Made by a program: the position numbers and the translations under genes. Below are positions 1 through 8,921 of a stretch of 33,001 bases of DNA, piece after piece. Under the pieces are notes generated by a model. The model was given only the letters and a program-made list of their open reading frames with translations, was not told the DNA's origin and made no database searches. The DNA lies in the NCBI GenBank assembly GCA_031425655.1, contig JANPJS010000244.1, positions 1 through 33,001 on the forward strand, in the 5' to 3' direction. Source of the stretch: Abditibacteriaceae bacterium (lineage in GTDB: Bacteria > Armatimonadota > Abditibacteriia > Abditibacteriales > Abditibacteriaceae). How positions within the stretch are numbered: position 1 is the first letter of the stretch; every line of letters starts with the position of its first letter.

Positions 1-63
1 GGGGGTTGACGGCGGCTTTGCCGCCGTCTTGCCCTCCCTCAATCCCTCCCGGAGGGAGGGAAG
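1..63. repeat. Truncated REP-like palindromic element (C-rich/G-rich hairpin family)
   Basis: Hairpin GACGGCGGC-TTT-GCCGCCGTC (8-28), then CCCTCCCTCAAT-CCCTCCC-GGA-GGGAGGG (32-60). Same build as the repeats at 11356-11459 and 30734-31372; the left partner is cut by the window edge. Confidence 0.6.
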
Positions 64-144
64 CTACGTTTCGCAATTGCTTAACTTAATGCCATTGGGC
101 GTTAGCCCCGCCTCCCAAAACTGACTCCTTTGAGCCACTACCCT

Positions 145-1125
145 TTAAAGATTCGCGGTTTCGCGCAATGCGTGTCGGATGCTGTCTTCGAGCGGCGAAT
201 AATTGCCGTCTTCTCGGTCAAGCTGCATTGGCTCAATCATCGGAGTTTTGCGGTTGCACATGAAGCGCGGCACGCCCGCATGGTTGAACGAAGGCGAATG
301 CAGCATAAACGGATGCGCCAAAATCACATCGCCCGGACTGCCCGTGACTTCGACGACGCGCAACTCGGTTCCCAATTCGTCTTTGTGAATTTCGTCCATG
401 AAGCGGCGAATTCGTGCCGTTTTTTCAAAAGTTTGAGGCCGCTTTAATCTCGCGTCGGCGCCGCGCGATCCAGCGATGACGGGGGCGGCAGTGTCGTCTT
501 GTCCGGTCAACGCGCGCAGATAAGGATGAGCGGAACGCAAGGCTTCGTTCACCTGATTTTGTGTCAAGCCGGGATTGTCGCGCAAAAAACGCGTGACGAT
601 TTGGTGAGAGCCTTCGACGATCAGCGTGCCGCCGCCGCGCGGCTCCAGTTCGGAAAACAAGCACAGAACCAGCGAACCTTGGTCGGGCGCCGTAATATGC
701 GTTCCTGAATCGGGAGCGTCAATGTGCCATTGGTCGGCGGGCACGTCCCAGACTTGGTCGGCGCCGACGGCGAAGTTGATGGGCCACCAACCCCACCAGC
801 CGATTTTGTGTTGATTAATCCAACGTCCGTCGCCCACGATGTCTGAACACGCGTCGTCTAACTTTGCTGTCGCGCATCCATCGAACGGAGCGGCGTTGTA
901 GTTTTGCGCGATAAACGCCATCGGCAGATTCCAGGTGCTGCGGTCGTTTTTCAAGATTCCGCGTTGCAGCGGGTCGCTCGAAAAGTTCGTCGCATCGGAC
1001 AATTTATCCCACAAAAAATTCTGCGCTTGAAGCGCCTGCGAACGGGGAAACGCTTCGGGGATTTTCGTCCAGCCGCGCGTGATAAATTGTTCGATTTGTT
1101 CGGGAGTGAGAACTTTAGACATCAT
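145..1125 (-). CDS. Phytanoyl-CoA dioxygenase (PhyH)-family Fe(II)/2-oxoglutarate dioxygenase
   Basis: 326-aa ORF with N-terminal LTPEQIEQFITRGW, HxD motif (WHID), distal His (GDVILAHPFMLHS) and NHAGVPRF Arg; AAGGAA Shine-Dalgarno upstream. Confidence 0.8.
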   Translation of the reverse strand: MMSKVLTPEQIEQFITRGWTKIPEAFPRSQALQAQNFLWDKLSDATNFSSDPLQRGILKNDRSTWNLPMAFIAQNYNAAPFDGCATAKLDDACSDIVGDGRWINQHKIGWWGWWPINFAVGADQVWDVPADQWHIDAPDSGTHITAPDQGSLVLCLFSELEPRGGGTLIVEGSHQIVTRFLRDNPGLTQNQVNEALRSAHPYLRALTGQDDTAAPVIAGSRGADARLKRPQTFEKTARIRRFMDEIHKDELGTELRVVEVTGSPGDVILAHPFMLHSPSFNHAGVPRFMCNRKTPMIEPMQLDREDGNYSPLEDSIRHALRETANL

Positions 1126-1217
1126 GAAATTCCTTTTATTGACCTTTGCTTTTCAGTGTCGCCCAACGCCCGCGAAGTCGAACGCTTAATTCGTGATAAT
1201 TTAAAGCACGACTGAAG

Positions 1218-1302
1218 ATTAACCACAGAGAACACAAAGGGCACGGAGAAAATAAAACTCGGCGTCCTCCGCGTCGGGCGCCCTCTGGGCAGGACGGTGA
1301 AT
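1218..1302. repeat. Imperfect palindrome with ~9-nt periodicity, carrying a small insert in the right arm
   Basis: ATTAACCACAGAGAACACAAAGGGCACGGAG ... CTCGGCGTCCTCCGCGTC[GGGCGCCCTCTGGGCAGGA]CGGTGAAT. Confidence 0.55.
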
Positions 1303-1310
1303 AGAAAGTC

Positions 1311-1372
1311 ATGAAATTTACTCTTCTCGCTCAACGCGGCAAGGCCCGCGCGGCTGTTAGAATTACCTCACG
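1311..1372 (+). pseudogene. Orphan, frameshifted copy of the first ~21 codons of tgt
   Basis: 1311-1353 matches 2227-2269 at 39/43 nt ([14 protein letters not shown] vs [14 protein letters not shown]). After a 2-nt deletion the match continues as GAA TTA CCT CAC (ELPH). Confidence 0.85.
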
Positions 1373-1501
1373 ATGTATTACACCGCACACCGCGAAAATT
1401 TCCTTCACACGTCCCACTTACGAGGCGACTTTGCTTTGTGAAGCATCATTAGAGGACGACATAACGCGCATCAGTCAAGTGTGGGATATATCAGATTAAC
1501 A

Positions 1502-3282
<1,781 letters not shown>

Positions 3283-3288
3283 ATGGCG

Positions 3289-3351
3289 ATTTTAAACACA
3301 AAGGCGCAAAGACACAAAGGTTTGAACTCTTTGCGTCTTTGTGTTTAAAAA
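3289..3351. repeat. ~9-nt-periodic palindrome between convergent genes (possible terminator)
   Basis: ATTTTAAACACAAAGGCGCAAAGA ... TCTTTGCGTCTTTGTGTTTAAAAT. Confidence 0.75.
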
Positions 3352-3360
3352 TTAGCGTGT

Positions 3361-3843
3361 TCAAGGATTGGCGTTTTGCGCGGTCGCCTGCCAAGTGCCG
3401 TAAGCCAATTCCGACTGACTGACGACCGTAATGTCGCCGCTGCCGGAGAGCGAGCCGTCTGGATTGACTCGAAGCCCGCCGGTCAGGGAGCGAATGCCGA
3501 AGATTCGTGTGCCGACGGAGGCCGTAATGCTTCCATCGGCGCTGACGGAGCCGGTCTCGATTCGGTCGAGATCAGGCGGCAAGAAAACCCAATTTTCAAA
3601 AGTGACGGCGCCGGAAGTGTCCACGCGCAACACGAACGAACCTGAAATCGTGCCGCTGAGCGGGCTGCGAGGATCGTAAGTCGCGCTAAAAGTGCCGGCA
3701 TAACGCCCGGCGAAGCGCGCCGGCGTGGAAAGCGACACGCCGCCTCCGCTGCATCCGATTAACAAGGCAAGCACAGAAACGAGGCAAATCAGCGATGCGG
3801 TGCGGCAGATTATTGGGTTGGTCTTGGAAGCGAGTGATTTCAC
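3361..3843 (-). CDS. Hypothetical lipoprotein (predicted beta-rich)
   Basis: Hydrophobic stretch ending in a lipobox-like LLIG-C, followed by a Gly/Ser/Thr-rich body; GTG start. Confidence 0.6.
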   Translation of the reverse strand: MKSLASKTNPIICRTASLICLVSVLALLIGCSGGGVSLSTPARFAGRYAGTFSATYDPRSPLSGTISGSFVLRVDTSGAVTFENWVFLPPDLDRIETGSVSADGSITASVGTRIFGIRSLTGGLRVNPDGSLSGSGDITVVSQSELAYGTWQATAQNANP

Positions 3844-3898
3844 AGCATTTATAATAGCAATCTATCGCGGAACGGCGCTTTGTGATGTGCGATTTCAT

Positions 3899-3928
3899 TT
3901 GACAGGGCGGCGGCAATCAACCTATAAT
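3899..3928 (+). promoter_or_regulatory. Consensus sigma70 promoter of ftsZ
   Basis: TTGACA (3899-3904), 18-nt spacer, TATAAT (3923-3928); AAGGAG Shine-Dalgarno at 3956-3961. Confidence 0.8.
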
Positions 3929-3971
3929 ATGAGGACTTTTAAGGCTCACGAAGTCAAGGAGAAAGGGCACG

Positions 3972-5054
3972 ATGGCATTAGGACGGCCCGGCGGACAAGC
4001 TGTAATCAAAGTGGTTGGAGTGGGCGGCGGCGGCTCCAACGCAGTGAATCGCATGATCGAAGCCGGATTGACCGGCATTGAATTTATTGTCGTCAATACC
4101 GATAAACAGGCGCTCGACCTGTCGGCGGCGGAGCAGAAAATCCAGATCGGCACTTCGGTGACGCAGGGATTGGGCGCCGGTGGCAACCCGGAAATGGGAC
4201 ACCGCTCGGCGGAAGAATCGCGCGATGAAATCGCCGATGCCGTCGCCAAAAGCGACTTGGTTTTCATCACGGCGGGCATGGGCGGCGGAACCGGAACCGG
4301 AGCGGCGCCGGTCGTGGCCGACATCGCCAAGCAAAGCGGCGCTCTGACCATTGCTGTTGTCACCAAACCGTTTTTCTTTGAAGGCCATCATCGGCGCAAC
4401 CACGCCGATGTCGGTATCGAAAAGCTGCGTAACGTTGTGGACACTTTCATTGTGATTCCCAACGAAAAGCTGCTCGAAACTCTCGAAAAGAAAACCACCT
4501 TCAAACAAGCCTTTCGTCGCGCCGATGACATTTTGCGGCAGGGCGTGCAGGGCATCGCTGACCTGATTACCATCGCCGGCGAAGTCAACCTTGACTTCGC
4601 GGACGTGCGTTCGGTTGTCGCCGACGCGGGAACCGGTTTGATGGGCATCGGCATCGGCAGCGGCGAACGCCGCGCCGCCGACGCCGCAGAGGGCGCGATT
4701 TCTTCGCCGCTTTTGGAAAATTCCATTGCCGGCGCGCGCAAACTGCTGATCAACGTGACGGCAGGCGAAGACCTGGCGATTGGCGAAGTGGACGAAATCG
4801 TTCGCATCGTGCGCGAAACGGCGGGCATCGAAGAACTCAACGTCTTCTGGGGTCTTGTTTTCAACCCCGAATTGGAAGACGAAATCCGCGTCACCGTCGT
4901 GGCGACCGGCTTCGATAACAAGCCGCCGAGCCAACAAGGCTCGTTCGGATTGGCGACCAGCGGGCCTTCGGCTTACGGCGCGGCTCCGGCGCGTCCGGCG
5001 CGGCCCGATGTGGATGATATTGACGTGCCGACGTTTCTGCGGCGCGGCTCGTAA
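3972..5054 (+). CDS. ftsZ: Cell division protein FtsZ
   Basis: [17 protein letters not shown], tubulin signature [16 protein letters not shown] and C-terminal peptide DVPTFLRR. Confidence 0.98.
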   Translation: MALGRPGGQAVIKVVGVGGGGSNAVNRMIEAGLTGIEFIVVNTDKQALDLSAAEQKIQIGTSVTQGLGAGGNPEMGHRSAEESRDEIADAVAKSDLVFITAGMGGGTGTGAAPVVADIAKQSGALTIAVVTKPFFFEGHHRRNHADVGIEKLRNVVDTFIVIPNEKLLETLEKKTTFKQAFRRADDILRQGVQGIADLITIAGEVNLDFADVRSVVADAGTGLMGIGIGSGERRAADAAEGAISSPLLENSIAGARKLLINVTAGEDLAIGEVDEIVRIVRETAGIEELNVFWGLVFNPELEDEIRVTVVATGFDNKPPSQQGSFGLATSGPSAYGAAPARPARPDVDDIDVPTFLRRGS

Positions 5055-5066
5055 TGAAGCACTTTC

Positions 5067-5106
5067 GGCAGCGGCGCGGTGAGCGATCATCGCGCCGTTG
5101 CTGTTT
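5067..5106 (+). terminator. Stem-loop after ftsZ, possible intrinsic terminator
   Basis: GGCAGCGGCGCGGTGA-GCGA-TCATCGCGCCGTTGCT followed by only a short GTTT tract. Confidence 0.5.
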
Positions 5107-5121
5107 GTAACAGGCTTTGCG

Positions 5122-5343
5122 ATGAAAGACTTCAAGATTTGTCCGAAGTGCAATTTTACGGATATTTTGCGGATTCCCGCGCGAATGCCCGCCTCCAGCA
5201 CGGAAAATATCATCACTGTCGGCTGGATGAACGCGGTCAAAGTCACGCGCTTCGTTTGCGCGACCTGCGGCTTCACGGAAGAATGGATTGAATCTTTAGA
5301 AGAAGTCGAAAAGCTGCGCAGTCGCCACGAACCGATGGAGTAG
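5122..5343 (+). CDS. Small zinc-ribbon protein
   Basis: 73 aa from ATG 5122 with CPKC ... CATCGFTEEW. Confidence 0.7.
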   Translation: MKDFKICPKCNFTDILRIPARMPASSTENIITVGWMNAVKVTRFVCATCGFTEEWIESLEEVEKLRSRHEPME

Positions 5344-5367
5344 GGCTGCGTTTCTTTGATTGCCCTT

Positions 5368-6063
5368 ATGAAGCCCCGCATTGGCATCACTTGCTCGTTT
5401 GAAGCTTGGCCGGACGATGAAGCCGCGCAGTCGCGTCTGGCGAATTATGGCCTCGCTTTGGAAGATGCCGGAGCGATTGCAGAATACCTGTTTTTAGCCT
5501 CGCACGCGCCCGCCGACGCGGCCAAGTTAGCGGCGCAGCTGGACGGCTTATTGATCTCCGGCGGCGACGATTTGCCTCCCGAAGCCTACGGCGAAGCGCC
5601 ACGCGCCGACGCCAATCTATCTCTTGTGCCCTTAGCGCGTCCGACGCTCGAACGCGCTTTGTGCGACGCTTTCTCCGCGCGCAATAAACCGATTCTCGGT
5701 ATTTGTTACGGCTGCCAATTCCTGAACGTGTGGGCCGGCGGCACGCTTTTGCAAGACATTCATTTGCAAAAGCCAAATTGCATCGAGCATCGTAAAACAC
5801 GCCACACGATTCGCGCAACGCCGGGCAGCGAACTGGCGATTTTAGCCGGCGACCGCGAATTTGAAGTGAACTCGTTTCACCATCAGGGCATCGCGCAAAC
5901 GGCGCCGAAAGTGCGGGCCGCAGCGCACGCGCCGGACGGCATCATCGAATCGTTGGAACTGCCGGGCGCGTTTATTCGCGGCGTGCAATGGCATCCCGAA
6001 CGCGACCGCGCCGATGCCGTCGCGCAACGCCTTTTCGCCGCGTTTTTGGCCTCCCCCCGTTGA
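5368..6063 (+). CDS. Gamma-glutamyl-GABA hydrolase-family glutamine amidotransferase (peptidase C26)
   Basis: KPRIGI, LLISGGDD, GICYGCQ (catalytic Cys), VNSFHHQ and GVQWHPE. Confidence 0.9.
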   Translation: MKPRIGITCSFEAWPDDEAAQSRLANYGLALEDAGAIAEYLFLASHAPADAAKLAAQLDGLLISGGDDLPPEAYGEAPRADANLSLVPLARPTLERALCDAFSARNKPILGICYGCQFLNVWAGGTLLQDIHLQKPNCIEHRKTRHTIRATPGSELAILAGDREFEVNSFHHQGIAQTAPKVRAAAHAPDGIIESLELPGAFIRGVQWHPERDRADAVAQRLFAAFLASPR

Positions 6064-6069
6064 TTTTTC

Positions 6070-6924
6070 ATGGCTTTTTCGTTTCGTCGTGCTGCGTTGC
6101 TTGGTTTTGCCGGCGGTGTGGCCTATTCGCTTTACGAACCGCACCGCATCGTGGTGCGGCGCTTCGATGTGGTGCTGCCGGGCTTGCCGCGCGAAGCGGA
6201 CGGTCTTCGCATCGCGCAGTTGTCCGACCTGCACTGCTCGGCTATTACCGGAAGCGACGTTGTGCGCCGCGCTGTCGAGGTTTGCAATGGGGAAAAGCCT
6301 GATTTGGTGGTGCTGACCGGCGATTTCGTGTCACGGCGCAATTCTTACAATCACTTAACGCTGGCGCGGCTGTGGGCGCGTGATATTTTGGTTTACGCCG
6401 AGCGCATGGCCGAAACCATAGCGCAGTTGCGGGCGCCCGACGGCGTGTTCGCGGTGCCGGGGAATCACGATCACACACAGGGAAATTGCGCCTTCATCGC
6501 CGAGCTTTTGGCCGGTGCGGGTGTGCGAATGTTAGTCAACGAAGCGGCGTGCGTGCGCGGCGTTCTGCCACTGATTGGATTAGACGATTTGCGCGCCGGA
6601 CGCCCCGATTTGCGCCGCGCAACGCAAAACGTGTCGCCGGATGCCGCGCAAGTTATTCTGTGCCACAACCCGCGTTTGCTGCCGCGCCTTGCCAATCGCA
6701 ACGCTTTCGTCATCGCGGGGCACACGCACGGCGGTCAGGTGCATTTGCCGGGAACGCGCTTTCGCCGCCGCCCGCACGATATGCATTTTTCAGTCTGGCA
6801 TCAAGGCTGGTATCGCTATTATCAAGCGCAAATGTTCGTGAGCGTCGGCGTCGGTAGCGTGTCCTTTCCGATGCGCTTCGCCTGCCCTCCGGAAATCCCG
6901 ATTTTCACGCTGCGCCGAGCATAA
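6070..6924 (+). CDS. Calcineurin-like metallophosphoesterase (YkuE-like)
   Basis: SDLH, TGDF, GNHD, HNP and GHTHGGQ motifs. Confidence 0.92.
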   Translation: MAFSFRRAALLGFAGGVAYSLYEPHRIVVRRFDVVLPGLPREADGLRIAQLSDLHCSAITGSDVVRRAVEVCNGEKPDLVVLTGDFVSRRNSYNHLTLARLWARDILVYAERMAETIAQLRAPDGVFAVPGNHDHTQGNCAFIAELLAGAGVRMLVNEAACVRGVLPLIGLDDLRAGRPDLRRATQNVSPDAAQVILCHNPRLLPRLANRNAFVIAGHTHGGQVHLPGTRFRRRPHDMHFSVWHQGWYRYYQAQMFVSVGVGSVSFPMRFACPPEIPIFTLRRA

Positions 6925-6940
6925 ATCAGTTAATTGTGCA

Positions 6941-7090
6941 GCACAACGACCAAGCTTCCGAAAGCCAGCGTCAGGAACGAGCGAAGTGCAAGCTGTGGGC
7001 GTCGGCGGCGTCCACGCACGGCGCGCACCGGATAGTCAGGAACGAGCGAAGTGCAAGCTGTGGCCGGTTGGGTGTAGTGACTTATTGTCC
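6941..7090 (-). mobile_element. Degenerate attC-like site with an internal 29-bp direct repeat
   Basis: Ends GCACAAC (6941-6947) and ATTGTCC (7084-7090) are imperfectly inverted. It lies just after the stop of the minus-strand gene at 7109-7519. GTCAGGAACGAGCGAAGTGCAAGCTGTGG occurs at 6970-6998 and 7035-7063. Confidence 0.45.
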
Positions 7091-7108
7091 CGTTGTTTGA
7101 ACGCCGCA

Positions 7109-7519
7109 TCACTTGTCTGTGGGGCGATATTGTGCCTCACCCAATTCGACAATATCGTCGTTGGCTTTTGCTAATTCTCGTGTTCTGGTGCAAATGCTGG
7201 TGCCTAATATTTCGGATTTCTTTTTGTCCTGCGGAGCATAAGCATAAACTAAATAATCGCTTCCCTTTTTGAAGTGGTAATCACAATTTGAACTTGGTGA
7301 TTGAGTTAGCCAGACTTCCTTTTTGGTAACACCCTTCCATCCTTCGAGAACTTTAAACTGCACTTTGTCCTGTTCGATTTGGATAACCTTGCCTGAAAAA
7401 ACTGCCGCAGATTTTCTGAGCGATTCTTTGGGCGAACCAGTAGAACCGCAGGCACAAGCAAAAGCACTGTGCGCCAAAGCGCAGATGCAAATCGTTAGTA
7501 GCAAGATGTATTTCAACAT
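7109..7519 (-). CDS. Secreted TIMP/NTR-fold-like protein
   Basis: Signal peptide ending AFA, mature N-terminus CAC, AVFSGKV, C.Y.FKKGSDYLVYA and ICTRT; visibly AT-richer than its neighbours. Confidence 0.75.
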   Translation of the reverse strand: MLKYILLLTICICALAHSAFACACGSTGSPKESLRKSAAVFSGKVIQIEQDKVQFKVLEGWKGVTKKEVWLTQSPSSNCDYHFKKGSDYLVYAYAPQDKKKSEILGTSICTRTRELAKANDDIVELGEAQYRPTDK

Positions 7520-7594
7520 AATGTTATTTTCGTGCTTTGTTGGCACACCGTCAAATTGTGCGCATCGGCACAACTCTCAATTAGACTGCACTGT

Positions 7595-8164
7595 ATGGTT
7601 CTTTCCGATGTTGATTTGCAGGCCGCGCTCCAATCCGGCCACATTGTCGTGACGCCACCGCCCGACTTTGAGACGCAATTGGGCGCTTGTTCGCTGGATT
7701 TGCGCTTGGGCCGCGAGTTTCGCATCTTCGAGCGCACGCGCAACGCTTTTATTGATCCGCGCCACACCATTGATTGGGACAGTTTCACGCGCGTGGTTTC
7801 CGTCCCCGACGATGAGGCATTTATTATTCACCCGCAAGAATTGATTTTGGCGGCGACGATTGAAGAAATCACGCTGCCCGCCGATGTGCTGGGGCGCCTT
7901 GAAGGACGCTCGTCGTTGGGACGCATCGGGATTATCGTGCATGGCACGGCGCCGCTTTTTTATCCCGGTTTTAGCGGCCATGCCGTGATGGAATTGGGCA
8001 ACATCGGCCCGATGCCGGTCGCGCTCTATCCGGGCATGAGAATCTGCTCGTTCACCTTCGAGAAGCTTTCCTCGCCGTCCAGCCGGCCTTACAAGGGCAA
8101 ATACTCCGGCCAGAGCGGGCCGGTTGGCTCTCGTTTGCAAAGCGATAACGAGATGAAAACGTAG
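7595..8164 (+). CDS. dcd: dCTP deaminase
   Basis: MVLSDVD, SLDLRLG, LEGRSSLGRIG, PGFSG...ELGN, YPGMRIC and YKGKYSGQ. Confidence 0.93.
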   Translation: MVLSDVDLQAALQSGHIVVTPPPDFETQLGACSLDLRLGREFRIFERTRNAFIDPRHTIDWDSFTRVVSVPDDEAFIIHPQELILAATIEEITLPADVLGRLEGRSSLGRIGIIVHGTAPLFYPGFSGHAVMELGNIGPMPVALYPGMRICSFTFEKLSSPSSRPYKGKYSGQSGPVGSRLQSDNEMKT

Positions 8165-8197
8165 AAAGCGGCGCCCCTGCGGGCGCCGCTTTTGTTT
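8165..8197. terminator. Intrinsic terminator, probably bidirectional
   Basis: AAAGCGGCGCCC-CTGC-GGGCGCCGCTTTTGTTT between convergent dcd and the TlpA-like gene. Confidence 0.8.
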
Positions 8198-8208
8198 CTA
8201 CTAATAAT

Positions 8209-8871
8209 TCAGGGTTTGGCGACAGGCGCGGTCTGTTTCGCGGTTTGGGTGGGGTCGTTCAACACTTTTTGAACCGCTTGAATTAGCGCTTCAAATTTAT
8301 CGGGAAGAAAACCGTGATCGGCGTAACGCACGATGCCTTTGCGGTCAATGACAATGAATGACGGAAACTTTTCGCCCTTATAAAGGTTGAAGTTTTTGCG
8401 GCCCGTGTCCTGACCAATCGGATATTTGATGCCCAGTTGCTTCGCTTTTTTCTGCACGGCGGGCCAGTTGAACTCGTTGATACCGTCTTTAGTGACCGGC
8501 GAGTGCAAGCTGATAATCTGCAAGCCATGCGGCTTAAAATGTTCGCCTAAGCTTTCGATTTTCGGCGCGGCTTCCTGACAGTGCGAGCATTCGGCGCGCC
8601 AGAATTCCAGCAAGACGACTTTGCCACGGAAGTCCTCCAGTTTTAAAGGTTTTGGCGTGTTGGCCCAGTCGCTTGGCGCGATGTTCCAGCCGGGCGCTTT
8701 CTTGCCGACCCAGAGCGTGCTGATGCGTGGCGCGGGTGTCGGCGTGCCGGTAACTGCCGGCGCTGTCGCGCCGGGTTTATTCGCCGTGGTGCCGGAATTC
8801 GATTGCAAGTAGCCGTAAACTGGCAATAAAGCCAGCAAAGCCGTAATGGCGATGATTTTCCACTTTTCCAT
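8209..8871 (-). CDS. TlpA-family thiol:disulfide oxidoreductase (redoxin)
   Basis: N-terminal membrane anchor, LEDFRGKVVLLEFWRAECSHC (CxxC) and FPSFIVIDRKGIVRY. Confidence 0.88.
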   Translation of the reverse strand: MEKWKIIAITALLALLPVYGYLQSNSGTTANKPGATAPAVTGTPTPAPRISTLWVGKKAPGWNIAPSDWANTPKPLKLEDFRGKVVLLEFWRAECSHCQEAAPKIESLGEHFKPHGLQIISLHSPVTKDGINEFNWPAVQKKAKQLGIKYPIGQDTGRKNFNLYKGEKFPSFIVIDRKGIVRYADHGFLPDKFEALIQAVQKVLNDPTQTAKQTAPVAKP

Positions 8872-8921
8872 GATGCTTTAATCTGATAATTTGCGTGCGA
8901 TGCCACGCGTCTTCGACATCG

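Noticed and set aside
1311..1499. 62-aa ORF as a real gene
   Set aside because: Only the first ~16 codons are tgt-derived; the rest is out-of-frame read-through after the deletion.
5054..5072. Possible fourth gene-terminus relic (ATGAAGC... resembling the C26 gene start at 5368) bracketing the zinc-ribbon gene
   Set aside because: Only 7 contiguous matching nt; not distinguishable from chance.
3978..5390. 470-aa antisense ORF over ftsZ, and other long overlapping ORFs in the track
   Set aside because: Shadow frames of GC-rich genes with no recognisable motifs.
6970..7063. 29-bp direct repeat with a 36-nt spacer (CRISPR-like dimensions)
   Set aside because: Only two copies, no GAAA(C/G)-type end, leader or cas genes; it sits inside an attC-like palindrome and is better explained as a local duplication.
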